Shown piece after piece: positions 1-14,001 of a stretch of DNA of 64,000 bases (position 1 is its first letter; each line of letters opens with the position of its first letter). The position numbers and the translations under genes were made by a program. Source of the DNA: Felis catus (Eukaryota); the NCBI RefSeq assembly GCF_018350175.1, contig NC_058383.1:16804001-16868000 (forward strand), in the 5' to 3' direction. The notes below the pieces were generated by a model, which saw only the letters and a list, made by a program, of their open reading frames with translations, searched no databases and was not told the DNA's origin.

Positions 1-89
1 CTACACCATTCAAGTGTCTTTCATATAGCCTTTCACATACATCTCATAGGAAGTTTGTTGAAACCTTATTTCTTAGTATTTGTTGTGAG

Positions 90-1405
90 AGCTAGTATGG
101 CAGCAGTGTAGTTTTATCCCTTGAACATAGCTAGATAACTAGAAAATCATTCTAACTACCCCAGAAATCAACCTGAAGACTGACAGAATGAAGTCCACAA
201 CTACAGGGAGAGAATAAGCCATATCAGAGAAGGTAGGAAAGGCAGAGAGGTGATTTGGGAAAGAAACAGATCAGGGGAGCTACAGAGGAGAGGGAACGTT
301 CATTGGGGAAAAGGGTGAGAGGGAGAGGAGTACACAGGGGAACACACCAGATGAACATTTCCCTAAAGACACATGGAAAGATGTTCAACATTACTCATCA
401 TCAGGGAACTACAAAAAAAAAAAAAAAAAAAAAAAAACAAACTACAATGTAATATCTCCTCGTACCTGTCAGTAGGGCTAAAGTTAACAACACAAGAAAC
501 AATAGGTACGGGTAAGGATTTGAAGAAAGGGAAGCCCTCTTACACTGTTGGTGGGAATGCATACCGGTGCAGCCACTCTGGAAAACAGTATAAAGTTTCC
601 TCCAATGTTAAAAATAGGACTACTCTGGGAAACTTGGGTAGCTCAGTTACACATCTGACTCTCGATATCTGCTCAAGTTAGGATGTCACAGTCATGGGAC
701 TGAGCCTTAATTGGGCACTTCACTGACAGTATGGAGCTTGCTTGGGATTATCTCTTCATCTCTCTCTGCCTTACCATCACCTCTGTCTCAAATAAATTAA
801 TTTTTAAAATTACCCCTTAAAAAGCAAAACTACCCTATGATCCAGCAATTGCACTCCTTTGTATTTTCCCAAAAGATACAAAAATACAAATTCCAGTGGA
901 TATAAGCACCCCAATATTTTAGCACCATTGTGAATAATAGCCAATTATGGAAAGGGCTCCAATGTCCATTGACTGATGAATGGATAAAGATGTGGTATTT
1001 ATATACAATGGAATATTACTCAGCCGTGAAACAGAATGAAATCTTGTCCTTAGCAACGAAGTCAATATAGCTAAAGAGTATTATGCTGAGCGAAATAAGT
1101 CAGCAAGAGGAAGATTTCCACTGTATGATTTCACTCATATGTGGAATGTAAGAAGCAAAACAAATAAATGATCATGGGGAAAAAAGAGAGCAGCAAACCA
1201 AGAAACATACTCTTAACTATATAGAGCAAACTGAGGGAATCAGGGGAGATGGGTGGGGATTGGGTTTTATAAAGATGGAATTAAGGTGTGCACTTTGTGA
1301 TGTGCACTGGGCATTGCATGGAAGGGTGGAATTACTCAATTCTACACCTGAAACTAATATTACACTGTATGTTAACTAGCTGGAATTTAAATAAAATCTT
1401 TAGAA
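90..1405 (+). mobile_element. Old carnivore L1, internally deleted: about 280 bp of 5'UTR joined to ORF2 C-terminus and 3'UTR
   Basis: About 97-368 resembles a carnivore L1 5' end (ctagataact...ccccagaaatcaacctgaagactgacagaa). From about 368 the sequence is the ORF2 end (RHMERCSTLLIIRE...). It ends in an L1 3' terminus (tatgttaactagctggaatttaaataaaa). Confidence 0.75.
627..812 (+). mobile_element. Old CanSINE (SINEC) nested in L1
   Basis: Degenerate head (gggaacttgggtagctcagtt), CT-rich stretch and A-rich tail. It interrupts L1 'aaaatagaactaccctatga'. Confidence 0.75.
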
Positions 1406-2966
1406 AACATACTCCATATTAAGCATAGGGAAAGCCCCCATGATGAAGTGCCTAAGGCATAACTGTGCTTCAAGTGTCATTCTTGTCCCTCATAGACATA
1501 TCAAGTAACGTTTTTCCCACAGCCTCTGTGTGTAAACAGTTGTAATTTATTACTGAAAAGTATCCTTTGTTCCAAGAGGGTTTTAGAAAACTACGTGGGG
1601 ATAAGTAATCAGAAGTATTCTTAAACCTTTGTGTAGAAGCACTAGTAAATGGCCTAGCTTTAGGTGCCTAAAAGCACAGACTGATAATGCATTATTCATG
1701 TAGCTTTCAGTGTAGATCTAGTAGTAACATTTGTTTACTCTATATTGGCATGAGGGATTGTCAATGTTCTTAACTCCCAGAAAAACACTTTTCTTAAAGG
1801 CATTTGTGAATTAGCTTCTCCAAAACTTCAAGTAAAAAGTATGCTTACTTCCAATTGTATAATGCCCATATACTGAACTGCCAGAAATAGCTGTATTCTA
1901 GATGAGGATTTAAAGTTCCTTTTAAATACATATAATTAGGAGGAGCCAAGATGGCGGAACAGCATGGAAGTTTTTTGTCTGTCTTGTGTCCATGAAATAC
2001 AGCCAGACCAACACTAAACCATCCTACACACCTAGAAAACTGATTGGAGGATTAACACAACAATCTGCACAACCTGAACCACAGAATTCAGCAGGTACGT
2101 GGCATGGAGAGGTGAACTTGGGGAGTGAGAAGCCAAAGGAAGGGAGGTGCTTTTGCAGGCAGAGAGAGGACAGAGAAGGGGCAGCGGGGAGAATATGGGA
2201 AAAGCACCCCTCCCCAAAAGCAGCTGGAGACAAAGTGGAAAATTGGAAACAGTAACAGGGACTAAACTAAAAAGGGAGAAAGAAGAAAGGAGAGGGTTTA
2301 AATTCCATTAAGACTGTAAACAAGGGGAGCTCAAAGTCTGCAATTCCACAGCTCAATATCTGGCAGTGTTCTGGTGGAAAGGGAGAATCCCCAGGAATAG
2401 AGTGGGATCCAGGAGGTTCTCGGGACACAGAGGTAAAAGTGATTACACTGCTAGAAGGACATTTGGTAGAGACTGTTGAAGACACCTGGTCCCAGCATCC
2501 CAGAAAATGGCCACATTTACTGGTGTTGGAACAAGGTCATTAAGGGTGAAGACTGGTGCCAGATGTGTGTTGTGATTTTCCATAATTCCAGAAAAGGTGC
2601 TGCTACACTATCTCTCAAACTTTTTCTGGGGCTGGCTGGCACCTGGCCACAGTCTTGGGGCACCGGCAGCAGCAGGGTCCAGCAAGCGTTCCTGAGTGTA
2701 GCCAACATTTGGTCATTGCTCAGGGAGATCTTCCTGATCCTCTACCCAGAGGGGCGGAACGGGTCAAAGCTGCAGTCCTTCAGAAGAAAGGAGCCAGGGA
2801 AAACAGCCACATCTGAGACAAAACTTGGGAGAGAGGTATTGCCTGGGGCCTGGACCCAGACAGTGAAAAAGTGGGGAGTGGATGAAAGTTGAAGACAGAG
2901 GATGGGTGCATGATTGCTGATCAAGGAGAACAGAGTTCCCATAATAGAGACTGGGTAGCTGGGTGA

Positions 2967-3056
2967 CGCCATTTTCACTGCCTCCGCGCATGCGCATATG
3001 CACCTATGAGCACCACAACACTCCACCCATTAGGCTAGCAGCACCATCTAGTGGAG
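2967..3056 (-). promoter_or_regulatory. YY1, NRF1 and CTCF motif cluster inside the L1 5'UTR
   Basis: cgccatttt at 2967-2975 (YY1, antisense orientation), gcgcatgcgca at 2986-2996 (NRF1), and minus-strand ctccactagatggtgctg at 3039-3056 (CTCF core). Motif match only. Confidence 0.45.
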
Positions 3057-3613
3057 AACAGAGCCATTACACTGACCCCACCCGACTGGGCCAACCTCGC
3101 TCTTTAAGAACACAAGTCTCACCATCTACTTAGTTTATGGACTATAAAACACTTCACAGTCTGGCTTCTAGGGGAAAACAAAGTAATTTCAGTCCTATTT
3201 CAATCTGTTAGTAGGTCCATCTATTTTCTTTCTTTCTTTCTTTCTTTCTCTCTTTCACTACCATTCTTTTTCTTGAATACAGAAAGAGAAAAAATTCACT
3301 TTTATTTTTAATTTTTTATTGAAAATATTTTTCTTTAAATTTTTCCACTATATTCTTTACTTTTCTGTAATTTTTTCAAATTCTATTTTACTCCCATCAT
3401 CTCATTTTAGTCTACTTCAGTGTATTCATTTTTTCAAATTCTCAAACGATTTCTTCCCCCCCTTCTTTTCTCTAATCTGTCAAACCACTTTAAACACCCA
3501 GACTAAAACACACCTAGGATCTAACATCACTTATTCGATTTTGTGTGCGTGTGTGTGTTTCTAATTTTAACATTTTTTAATTTTATTTTTTTAATTTAAA
3601 TTTTTCTACCTCA

Positions 3614-4280
3614 ACAGGAACTTTCTTGCACTGTTGGTGGGAATGCAAACTGGTGTAGCCACTCTGGAAAACAGTGTGGAGGTTCCTCAGAAAATTAAAA
3701 ATAGACCTACCCTATGACCCAGCAGTAACACTGCTAGGAATTTACCCAAGTGATACAGGAGTACTGATGCATAGGGGCACTCATACCCCAATGTTTATAG
3801 CAGCACTCTCAACAATAGCCAAATTATGGAAAGAGCCTAAATGTCCATCAACTGATGAATGGATAAAGAAATTGTGGTTTATAAACACAATGGAGTACTA
3901 TGTGGCAATGAGAAAGGATGAAATATGGCCCTTTGTAGCAACGTGGATGGAACTGGAGAGTGTTATGCTAAGTAAAATAAGCCATACAGAGAAAGGCAGA
4001 TACCATATGTTTTCACTCTTGTGTGGATCCTGAGAAACTTAACAGGAACCCATGGGGGAGGGGAAGGAAAAAAAAAGAGAGAGGTTAGAGTGGGAGAGAG
4101 CCAAAGCATAAGAGACTCTTAAAAACTGAGAACAAACTGAGGGTTGATGGGGGTGGGAGGGAGGGGAGGGTGGGTGATGGGTATTGAAGAGGGCATCTTT
4201 TGGGATGAGCACTGGGTGTTGTATGGAAACCAATTTGACAATAAATTTCATATATTAAAAACAAATAAAAATAAAAAAAT
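3614..4280 (+). mobile_element. 5'-truncated young L1 (L1_Fc-like 3' end) nested in the host L1 5'UTR
   Basis: ORF2 C-terminus ([15 protein letters not shown]...), 3'UTR and polyA. TSD aaattttt(c/g)tacctca at 3598-3613 and 4281-4296. Confidence 0.92.
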
Positions 4281-4319
4281 AAATTTTTGTACCTCACTAA
4301 TTCATTTTCTCCCTTCAAA

Positions 4320-5418
4320 ATGACAAAATGAATGAATTCACCCCCAAAAGAAAGAGCACGAAGAAACGACAGCCAGGAATTTAACCAACACAGATACAAG
4401 TGAGATGTCTGAACAAGAATTTAGAATCACGATAATAAGAATACTAGCTGGAGTCAAAAATAGATTAGAATCCCTTTCTGCAGAGATAAAAGAAGTAAAA
4501 CATAGAATGAAATTAAAAATGCTATAACTGAGCTGCAATCATGGATGGATGCCGCAGCAGTAAGAATGGATGAGGCAGAACAATCAGTGATATAGAGCAC
4601 AAACTTATGGAGAATAATGAAGCAGAAAAAAAGAGGGAGATTAAGGCAAAAGAGCATGATTTAAGAATTAGAGAAATAAGTGACCCATTAAAAAGGAACA
4701 TCAGAATCATAGGGGTCCCAGAAGAGAAAGAGAGAGAAACAGGGGTAGAAGGGTTATGTGAGCAAATAATAGCACAAAACTTTCCTGACCTGGGGAAAGA
4801 CACAGACATCAAAATCCAGGAAGCACAGAAGACCCCCATTAGATCCAATAAAAACCGACCATCAACAAGGCATATCATAGTCAAATTCACAAAATACTCA
4901 GGCAAGGAGAGAATCATGAAAATAGCAAGGGAAAAAAAGTCCTTAACCTACAAGGGAAGACAGATCTGGTTTGCAGCAGACCTATCCACAAAAACTTGGC
5001 AGGCAAGAAAGGAGTGGCAGGATATATTCAATTTGCTGAATCAGAAAAATATGCAGCCAGAATTCCTTATCCAGCAAGACCGTCATTTAAAATGGAACAG
5101 ATAGGGGCGCCTGGGTGGCGCAGTCGGTTAAGCGTCCGACTTCAGCCAGGTCACGATCTCGCGGTCCGTGAGTTCGAGCCCCGTGTCGGGCTCTGGGCTG
5201 ATGGCTCAGAGCCTGGAGCCTGTTTCCGATTCTGTGTCTCCCTCTCTCTCTGCCCCTCCCCCGTTCATGCTCTGTCTCTCTCTGTCCCAAAAATAAACGT
5301 TGAAAGAAAAATTTAAAAAAAAAATGGAACAGATAAAAGTTTCCCAGACAAACAAAAATTAAAGGAGTTTGTGACCACTAAACCAGCCCTGCAAGAAATT
5401 TTAAGGGGGACTCTCTGA
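4320..5418 (+). pseudogene. L1 ORF1p (disrupted)
   Basis: NIRIIGVPEE, IQEAQKTP and WQARKEW motifs. Stops, frameshifts and a SINE insertion are present. Confidence 0.88.
5104..5320 (+). mobile_element. Young felid CanSINE (SINEC_Fc)
   Basis: ggggcgcctgggtggcgcagtcggttaagcg head, CT-rich body and polyA. TSD aaaatggaacagata at 5089-5103 and 5321-5335. Confidence 0.96.
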
Positions 5419-5435
5419 GGGGAGAAAAGATGAAA

Positions 5436-5740
5436 ATTTATATATATATATATATAAATTATTTATATAATTATATATAATTTATGTATATGATTTATAT
5501 ATTTATATATAATTTATGTATCTATTATATAATATATAAATATAAAATATATATTTAATTTATATTTATATAATACATAAAATATATTACATAATAATAT
5601 AATTTATATTTAATTTATATATAAATATACATAATTATATATAAATTTATATTTAATTTATATAATTATATATATTTATATATAAATATATATTATATAT
5701 AAAAATTTATATATATATATAAATTAAATATAAATTTTTA
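5436..5740. repeat. Degenerate (TA)n / AT-rich low-complexity expansion in the L1 inter-ORF spacer
   Basis: About 300 bp almost entirely A/T between the ORF1 stop and the ORF2 start. Confidence 0.9.
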
Positions 5741-5799
5741 ACAAAGATTAGAAACAACAAAAGAACACCACCAGAATCTCCAACTCTACAACCATCAAA

Positions 5800-8700
5800 A
5801 TGGCAATAAATTCATATATTTCAGTACTCACTCTAAACATCAATGGACTCAATGCTCCAATCAAAAGACATAAGGTAACAGAATGGATAAGAAAACAAGA
5901 TCCATCTATATGCTGTTTACCAGAAAACCACTTTAGACCTAAATATACTTTCAGATTGAAAATAAGGAGATGGAGAACCATCTATCATGCTAATGGTCAA
6001 CAAAATAAAGCCAGAGTAGCCATACTTATATTATACAATCTAGACTTTAAAATAAAGACTGTATCAAGAGATGCAAAAGAGCATTATATCATAATCAAGG
6101 GGTCTATCCACCAAGAAGACCTAACAATTGTAAACATTTATGCACCAAATGTGATAGCACCCAAATCAATTAATGACAAAAATAAAGAAACTCATCAATA
6201 GTAATACCATAATAGCAGGAGACTTCAACACCCCACTCACAGCAATGGACAGATCATCTAATCAAAAAATCAACAAGGAAACAATGGCTTTGAATGACAC
6301 ACTGGACCAGATGGACTTAACAGATATATTCAGGACCTTTCAGCCTAATGCAGCAGAATATACATTCTTCTCCAGCACACATGGAACATTCTCCAGAATA
6401 GACCACATACTGGGACACAAATCAGTCCTCAGCAAGTATAAAAAGATCAAGATCATACAATGCATATTTTCAGACCACAATGCTATGAAACTCGAAATCA
6501 ACCACAAGAAAAAATTTGGAAAGGTAACAAATACTTGGAGACTGAAGAACATCCTACTAAAGAATGAATGGGTTAACCAAGAAGTTAAAGGAAATTAAAA
6601 AGTATATGAAAGTCAACGAAAATGATAACACCACCACCCAAAACCTCTGGGATGCAGCAAAGCCTGTCATAAGAGGAAAGTATATAGCAATCCAGGCCTT
6701 CTTAAAGAAGGAAGAAAGATCTCAGATACACAACCTAACAACAAATAACACCCCAAACCAGAAGAAGACAGGAAATAATAAAGATTAGAGCAGAAAACAA
6801 TGCTATTGACACCAAAAAACCAACCAATCAACCAACCAAACAAACAAACAAACAAAAAACCCACAGTAGAACAGATCAATGAAACCAGAAGCTGGTTCTT
6901 TGAAAGGATTAAAAAAATTGATAAGCCACTAGCCAGTTTGATCAAAAAGAAAAAGGAAAGGACTCAAATAAATAAAATCAAGAATGAAAGAGGAGGGATC
7001 ACAACCAACAAGGCAGAAATAAAAACAATATTGAGAGAATATTATGAGCAATTATATGCCAATAAAATGGGCAATCTGGAAGAAATGGACAAATTTCTAG
7101 AAACATATACACTACCAAAACTAACGAGGGCAGAAATAGAAAAATTTGAACAGACCCATAACCAGTAAGGAAATCGATTTACTAATCAAAAATCTCCCCA
7201 AAAACAAGACTCCAGGGCCAGATGGCTATCCTGGGGAATTCTATGAAACATTTAAGGAAGAGTTAACACCTATTCTCTTGAAGGTGTTCCAAAAAATAGA
7301 AATGTAAGGAAACCTTCCAAACTCTTTCTATGAAGCCAGCATTACCTTGACTCCAAACCAGACAAAGACCCCACTAAAAAGGAGAACTATAGACCAATTT
7401 CCCTGATGAACATGGATGCAAAAATCCTCAACAAGATATTAGCCAACCGGGGGGTGCCTGGGTGGCTCAGTTGGTTAAGGGTCCTACTTCAGCTCAGGTC
7501 ACGATCTCGCGGTCAGTGAGTTTGAGCCCCGCATCTGGCTCTGGGCTGATGGCTCAGAGCCTGGAGGCTGCTTCCAATTCTGTGTCTCCCTCTCTCTCTG
7601 CCCCTCCCCCGTTCATGCTCTGTCTCTCTCTGTCTCAAAATAAATAAACATTAAAAAATATTTAAAAAAAAAAGATATTAGCCAACCGGGTCCAACAATA
7701 CATTTAAAAATTATTCACCACGACAAAGTGGGATTTATACCTGGGATGCAGGGCTAGTTCAATATTCGCAAAACAATTAACGTGATTCATCACATCAATA
7801 AAAGAAAGGACAAGAACCACATGATCCTCTCAATAGATGCAGAGAAAGCATTTGACAAAATACAACATCCTTTCTTGATAAAAACCCTCAAGAAAGTAGG
7901 GACAGAAGGACCATATCTCAAGATCAGAAAAGCCATATATGAACCACCCAACGCTAATATCATCCTCAATGGGGAAAAACTGAGAGCTTTCCCCCTAAGG
8001 TCAGGAACAAGACAGGATGTCCTCTCTAGCTACTGTTACTCAACATAGTATTGGAAGTCTTAGCCTCTGCAATCAGACAACACAAAGAAATAAAAGGCAT
8101 CCAAATCAGCCAGGAGGAGGTCAAACTCTCACTCTTCACAGATGACATGATACTCTATATGGAAAACCCAAAAGATTCCACCAAAAAACTGCTAGAACTG
8201 ATTCCTGAATTCAGCAAAGTGGCAGGATATAAAATCAATGCACAGAAATCGGTTGTATTCCTATATACCAACAATGAAGCGACAGAAGAGAAATCAAGGA
8301 ATCGATCCCATTTACAATTGCACAAAAAACCATAAAATACCTAGGAATAAATCTAACCAAATAGGTGAAAAATCTATACACTGAAAACTATAGAAAGCTG
8401 ATGAAAGAAATTGAAGAAGACACAAAGAAATGGCAAAACATTCCATGCTCCTGGATACGAAGAACAAATATTGTTAAAACGTCAATACTACCCAAAGCAA
8501 TCTACATATTCAATGCAATCCCCATTAAAGTAACACCAGCATTCTTCACAGAGCTAGAACAAATAATCCTAAAATTTGTATGGAACAAGAAAAGACCCCT
8601 AATAGCCAAAGCAATCTTGAAAAAGAAAACCAAAGCAGGAGGCATCACAATCTTGGACTTCAAGCTACACTACAAAGCTGTAATCATCAAGACAGTATGG

Positions 8701-9837
8701 TACTGACACAAGAACAGACACTCAGATCAATGGAACAGAATAGAGAACCCAGAAATGGACCCACAAACGTATGGCCAACTAATCTTTGACAAAGCAGGAA
8801 AGAATATCCAATGGAATAAAGACAGTCTCTTCAGCAAGTGGTGCTGGGAAAACTGGACAGCGACATGCAGAAGAATGAACATGGACCACTTTCTTACACC
8901 ATACATAAAAATAAACCGAAACTGGATGAAAGACCTCAATATAAGACAAGAGGCCATCAAAATCCTCGAGGATAAAGCAGGCAAGAACCTCTTTGATCTT
9001 GGCCACAGCAACTTCTTACTCAACACGTCTCTGGAAGCAAGGGAAACAAAAGCAAAACTGAACTACTGGGACCTCATCAAAATAAAAAGCTTTGGCACAG
9101 CGAAGGAAACAATCAGCAAAACTAAAAGGCAACCGACAGAATGGGAGAAGATATTTGCAAACGACATATCAGATAAAGGGCTAGTATCCAAAATCTATAA
9201 AAAACTGATCAAACTCAACACCCAAAAAACAAATCATCCAGTGAAGAAATGGGCAAAAGACATGAATAGACACTTTTCCAAAGAAGACATCCAGATGGCC
9301 AACCAACACATGAAAAAATGCTCAACTTCACTCATCATCAGGGAAATACAAATCAAAACCACAGTGAGATATCACCTTACACCTGCCAGAATGGCTAACA
9401 TTAACAACTCAGGTGACAACAGATGTTGGCGAGGATGTGGAGAAAGAGGATCTCTTTTGCATTGTTGGTGGGAATGCAAGCTGGTGCAGCCACTCTGGAA
9501 AACAGTATGGAGGTTCCTCAAAAAACTAAAAATAGAACTACCCTATGACCCAGCAATTGCACTACTAGGCATTTATCCAAGCGATGCAGGTGTGCTGTTT
9601 CAAAGGGACACGTGCACCCCCATGTTTATAGCAGCACTATCAACAATAGCCAAAGTATGGAAAGAGCCCAAATGTCCATCGATGGATGAATGGATAAAGA
9701 AGATGTGGTACATATATACAATGGAGTATTACTCAGCAATCAAAAAGAATGAAATCTTGCCATTTGCAACTATGTGGTTGGAACTGGAGGGTATTATGCT
9801 AAGTGAAATTAGTCAGAGAAAAACAAAAATCATATGA
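5800..9837 (+). pseudogene. L1 ORF2p (endonuclease/RT/CCHC), frameshifted
   Basis: TLNINGLN, AGDFNTPL and SDHN (EN). FTDDM is a degenerate RT motif. CWRGC...HCWWEC is present. Split over many ORFs. Confidence 0.92.
7451..7671 (+). mobile_element. Felid CanSINE in L1 ORF2
   Basis: SINEC head and tail. TSD aagatattagccaaccgg at 7433-7450 and 7672-7689. Confidence 0.95.
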
Positions 9838-12800
9838 CCTCACTCATATGAGGACTTTAAGAGGCAAAACAGATGAACATAAAGGAAGGGAAACAAAAAT
9901 AATATAAAAACAGGGAGGGGGACAAAACAGAAGATACTCTTAAATATGGAGAACAAACTGAGGGTTACTGGAGGGGTTGTGGGAGAGAGGATGGGCTAAA
10001 TGGGAAAGGGGCATTAAGGAATCTACTCCTGAAATCACCGTTGCATCATATGCTAACTAATTTGGATGTAAATTTAAAGAAAATTTAAAAGAAAATTAAA
10101 AAAAAAGAAAAAATACACATAATTACAAATATTCTTAAACATATTTATATACAGGATATGTAAGGGACTTATATTTCACTGCCTAACTCTACTGTGCCTA
10201 ATATGCTTTTCATTTGGCTTTTCACATATATTTAGTTGGGAATTTACTTTTTATTTTTTATATTATTTTTTTTATTTTTTTAAATATAATTTATTGTCAA
10301 ATTGGCTTGTACCAACAAGTTCCCTCCTCATTGCCCATCACTCATTTTCCCTCTCCCCCACCACAGCATCCAACCTCAGTTTGTTCTCTGTATTCAAGTC
10401 TCTTGTAGTTTGCCTCCCTACCTCTCTGTTTATAACTATTTTCCCCCTTCTGTTCACCCATTGTCTTCTGTTAAGTTTCTCAAGATCCACATATGAGTGA
10501 AAATTTATGGTATCTGTCCTGCTCTGACTGACTTATTTCACTCAGCATAATACCTTCCAGTTCCTTCCATGTTACTCCAAATGACATGATTTAATTCTTT
10601 CTCATTGCCAAGTAGTATTCCATTGTGTATATAAACCACATCTTCTTTATCCATTCATCAGCTGATGGACATTTAGGCTCTTTCCATAATTTGGCTATTG
10701 TTGAAACTGTTGCTATAAACATCAGGATACATGTGCCCCTATGCATCAGCACTCCTGTATCCCTTGGGTAAACTCCTAGCAGTGCTATTGCTGGGTCATA
10801 GGGTAGATCTATTTTTAATTTTTTGAGGAACCTCCGCACTGTTTTCCAGAGCAGCTGCACAAGTTTGCATTCCCACCAACAGTGCAAGAGAGTTCCCACT
10901 TCTCCACATCCTCGCCAGCATCTGTAGTCTCCTGATTTGTTCATTTTAGCCACTCTGACTGGCATGAGGTGGTACCTCAGTGTGGTTTTGATTTGTATTT
11001 CTCTGATGAGGAGTGACGTTGAGCATCTTTTCATGTGCCTGTTGGCCATCTGGATGTCTTCTTCGGAAAAGAGTCTATTCATGTCTTTTGCCCATGTGTT
11101 CACTGGATTATTTGTTTTTTAGGTATTGAGTTTGATAAATTCTTTGTAGATTTTGGATACTTACCCTTTATCCGATATGTCATTGGCACATATCTTTTCC
11201 CGTTCCGTTGATTACCTTTTAGTTTTGTTGATTGTTTCCTTTGCAGTGCAGAAGTTTTTTATCTTGACGAGGTCCCAATAGTTCATTTTTGCTTTTAATT
11301 TCTTTGCCTTTGGAGATGTGTCAAGCAAGAAATTGCCGCGGCTGAGGTCAAAGAGGTTGTTGTCTGCTTTCTCCTCTAGGGTTTGATGGTTTCCTGGCTC
11401 ACATTTAAGTCTTTCATCCATTTTGAATTTATTTTTGTGTATGGTGTAAGAAAGTGGTCCAGTTTTATTCTTCTGCATGTTTCTGTCCAGGTCTCCCAGC
11501 ACCATTTGCTAAAGAGACTGTCTTGTTTCCATTGGATGTCTTTTCCTGCTTTGTCAAAGATTAGTTGGCCATACTTTTGTGGGTCCAATTCTGGAGTCTC
11601 TATTCTATTCCATTGGTCTATGTGTCTTTTTTTGTGCCAATACTATACTGTCTTGATAATTACAACTTTGTAGTAGAGACTAAAGTCTGGAATTGTGATG
11701 ATTCCCGCTTTGGTTTTCTTCTTCAGTATTACTTTGGTTATTCGGGGTCTTTTGTGGTTCCATACAAATTTTAGGATTTAGCTTTTAGAATAATGCCAGT
11801 GCAATTTTGATTGGGATTGCATTGAATGTGTAGATTCCTTTGGGTAGTATAGACATGATAACAATATTTATTCTTCCAATCCATGAGCACGGAATGTTTT
11901 TCCATTTCTTTGTATCTTCTTCAATTTCCTTCATAAGCTTTCTATAGTTTTCAGCATACAGATCTTTTAAATCTTTGGTTAGGTTTATTCCTATGTATTT
12001 TAAATTTCTTGGTGCAAATGTAAATGGGATCAGTTTATTTCTCTTTCTGTTGCTTCATTATTGGTGTATAGAAATGAAACCAACTTCTGTACATTGATTT
12101 TGTACCCTGCGACTTTGCTGAATTCATGTATCAGTTCTAGCAGTCTTTTGGTGCAGTCTTTCAGGTTTTCCATATAGAGTATCAAGTCATCTGTGAAAAA
12201 TGAAAGTTTGACTTCTTTTTTTTGTCAATTTTGATGACTTTTATTTCATTTTGTTTTCTGATTGCTGATTCTAGGACTTCCAACACTATGTTAAACAACA
12301 GTGGTGAGAGTGGATATCCCTGTCGTGTTCCTGATCTCAGACGGAAAGGTCTCAGTTTTTCCCCATTAAGGATGATATTTGCTGTGGGCATTTAATAAAT
12401 GGCTTCTATGATGTTCAGATATGTTCCTTCCATCTTTCTTGAGGATTTTTATTAAGAAACAATGCTATATGTTGTCAAATGCTTCTTCTGCATCTATTGA
12501 CAGAATCATATGGTTCTTATCCTTTTGGTTATTGATGTGATGTATCACACTGATTTATTTGCAAATATTGAACCAGCCCTGCAGCCCAGGAATGAATCCC
12601 ACCTGATCATGGTGAATAATTCTTTTGATATGCTATTGAATTCGATTTGCTAGTGTGTTGTTGAGAATTTTTGCATCCATGTTCATCAGGGATATTGGCC
12701 TGTAATTCTGCTTTTTGTGGGGTCTCTGTCTTTCCTTCTGAAGCTTTCCTTCTATTTCTTCCTTCCATTTCTATTTTTTGGAACAGCTTGAGAAGTATAG

Positions 12801-14001
12801 GTATTAACTCTCCTTCAAATGTTTGGTAGAATTCCCCTGGTAATCTATCTGTCCCAGGACTCTTATTTGTTGGGAGATTTTTGATAACCTATTCAATTTC
12901 TTCATTAGTTATGGGTCTGTTCACATTTTGATTTCTTCCCCTTTGAGTTTTGATAGTGTGTGGGTGTCTAGTAATTTGTCCATTTCTTCCAGCTTATACA
13001 GTTTGTTGGCATATAATTTTTCATAGTATTCTCTGATAATTGCTTGTATTTCTGAGAGATTGGTTGTAATAAATCTATTTTCATTCGTGATTTTATCTAT
13101 TTGGGTCCTCTTTTCTTTTTGAGAAGTCTGGCTAGGGGTTTATCAACTTTGTTTATTTTTTCAAAACACCATCTCTTAGTTTCATTGACCTGTTCTGTGT
13201 TTTTAAATTTTATATTATATCTGCTCTGATCTTTATTATTTCTCTTCTTCTCCTGGAATTGGGTTTCTTTGTTGTTCTGCTTCTAATTCCTTTAGGTGTG
13301 CTGTTAGATTTTGTATTTGGGATTTTTCTTGTTTCTTGATATAGGCCTGGATTGCAAATTCCCCTTAGGACTGCCTTTGCTGCATCCCAAAGGGTTTGAA
13401 CTGTTGTGTTTTCATTTTCATTTGCTTCCATATATTTTAAATTTTCTTCTTTAATTGCCTGGTTAACCCATTCATTCTTTAGTGGTAAGTTCTTTAACCT
13501 CCATGCTTTTGGAGGTTTTCCAAACTTTTCCTTTGGTTGATTTCAAGTTTGATAGTATTGTGATCTAAAAGTGTGCATGGTATGATCTCAATTCTTTTAT
13601 ATTTATTGAAGGCTGTTTTGTGATCCAGTATGAGATCTATCTTGGGAAATGCTCCATGGGCACATGACAAGAATGTGTATTCTGCTGCTTTAGGATGAAA
13701 AGTTTTAAATATGTTTGTCAAGTCCATCTGGTCCAGTGTATTATTCAGAGCCATTGTTTCTTTACTGATTTTCTGTATAGATGATCTGTCCATTGAAGTG
13801 AGTGGACTATTAAAGTTCCGTGCAATTAGTGTATTTTTACCAATAAGATTGCTTAAGTTTGTGACTGTGTTATATACTTGGTGCTGCTAAATTTGGTGCA
13901 TAAACGTTTATGATTGTTAGATCTTCTTAATGAATATATCCCATAATTGTGATATAATGCCCTTCTTCATCTCTTGTTACCACTTTTAGTTTAAAATCTA
14001 G

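Larger units (their letters stand above)
1939..10110 (+). mobile_element. Full-length decayed L1 (older felid lineage) with nested insertions
   Basis: Starts ggaggagccaagatggcgg, followed by 5'UTR, ORF1, ORF2, 3'UTR and A-tail. TSD aaataca(t/c)ataatta at 1924-1938 and 10111-10125. Confidence 0.95.

Noticed and set aside
5104..5180. tRNA-like A/B box sequences
   Set aside because: These are the tRNA-derived heads of CanSINEs, not tRNA genes.
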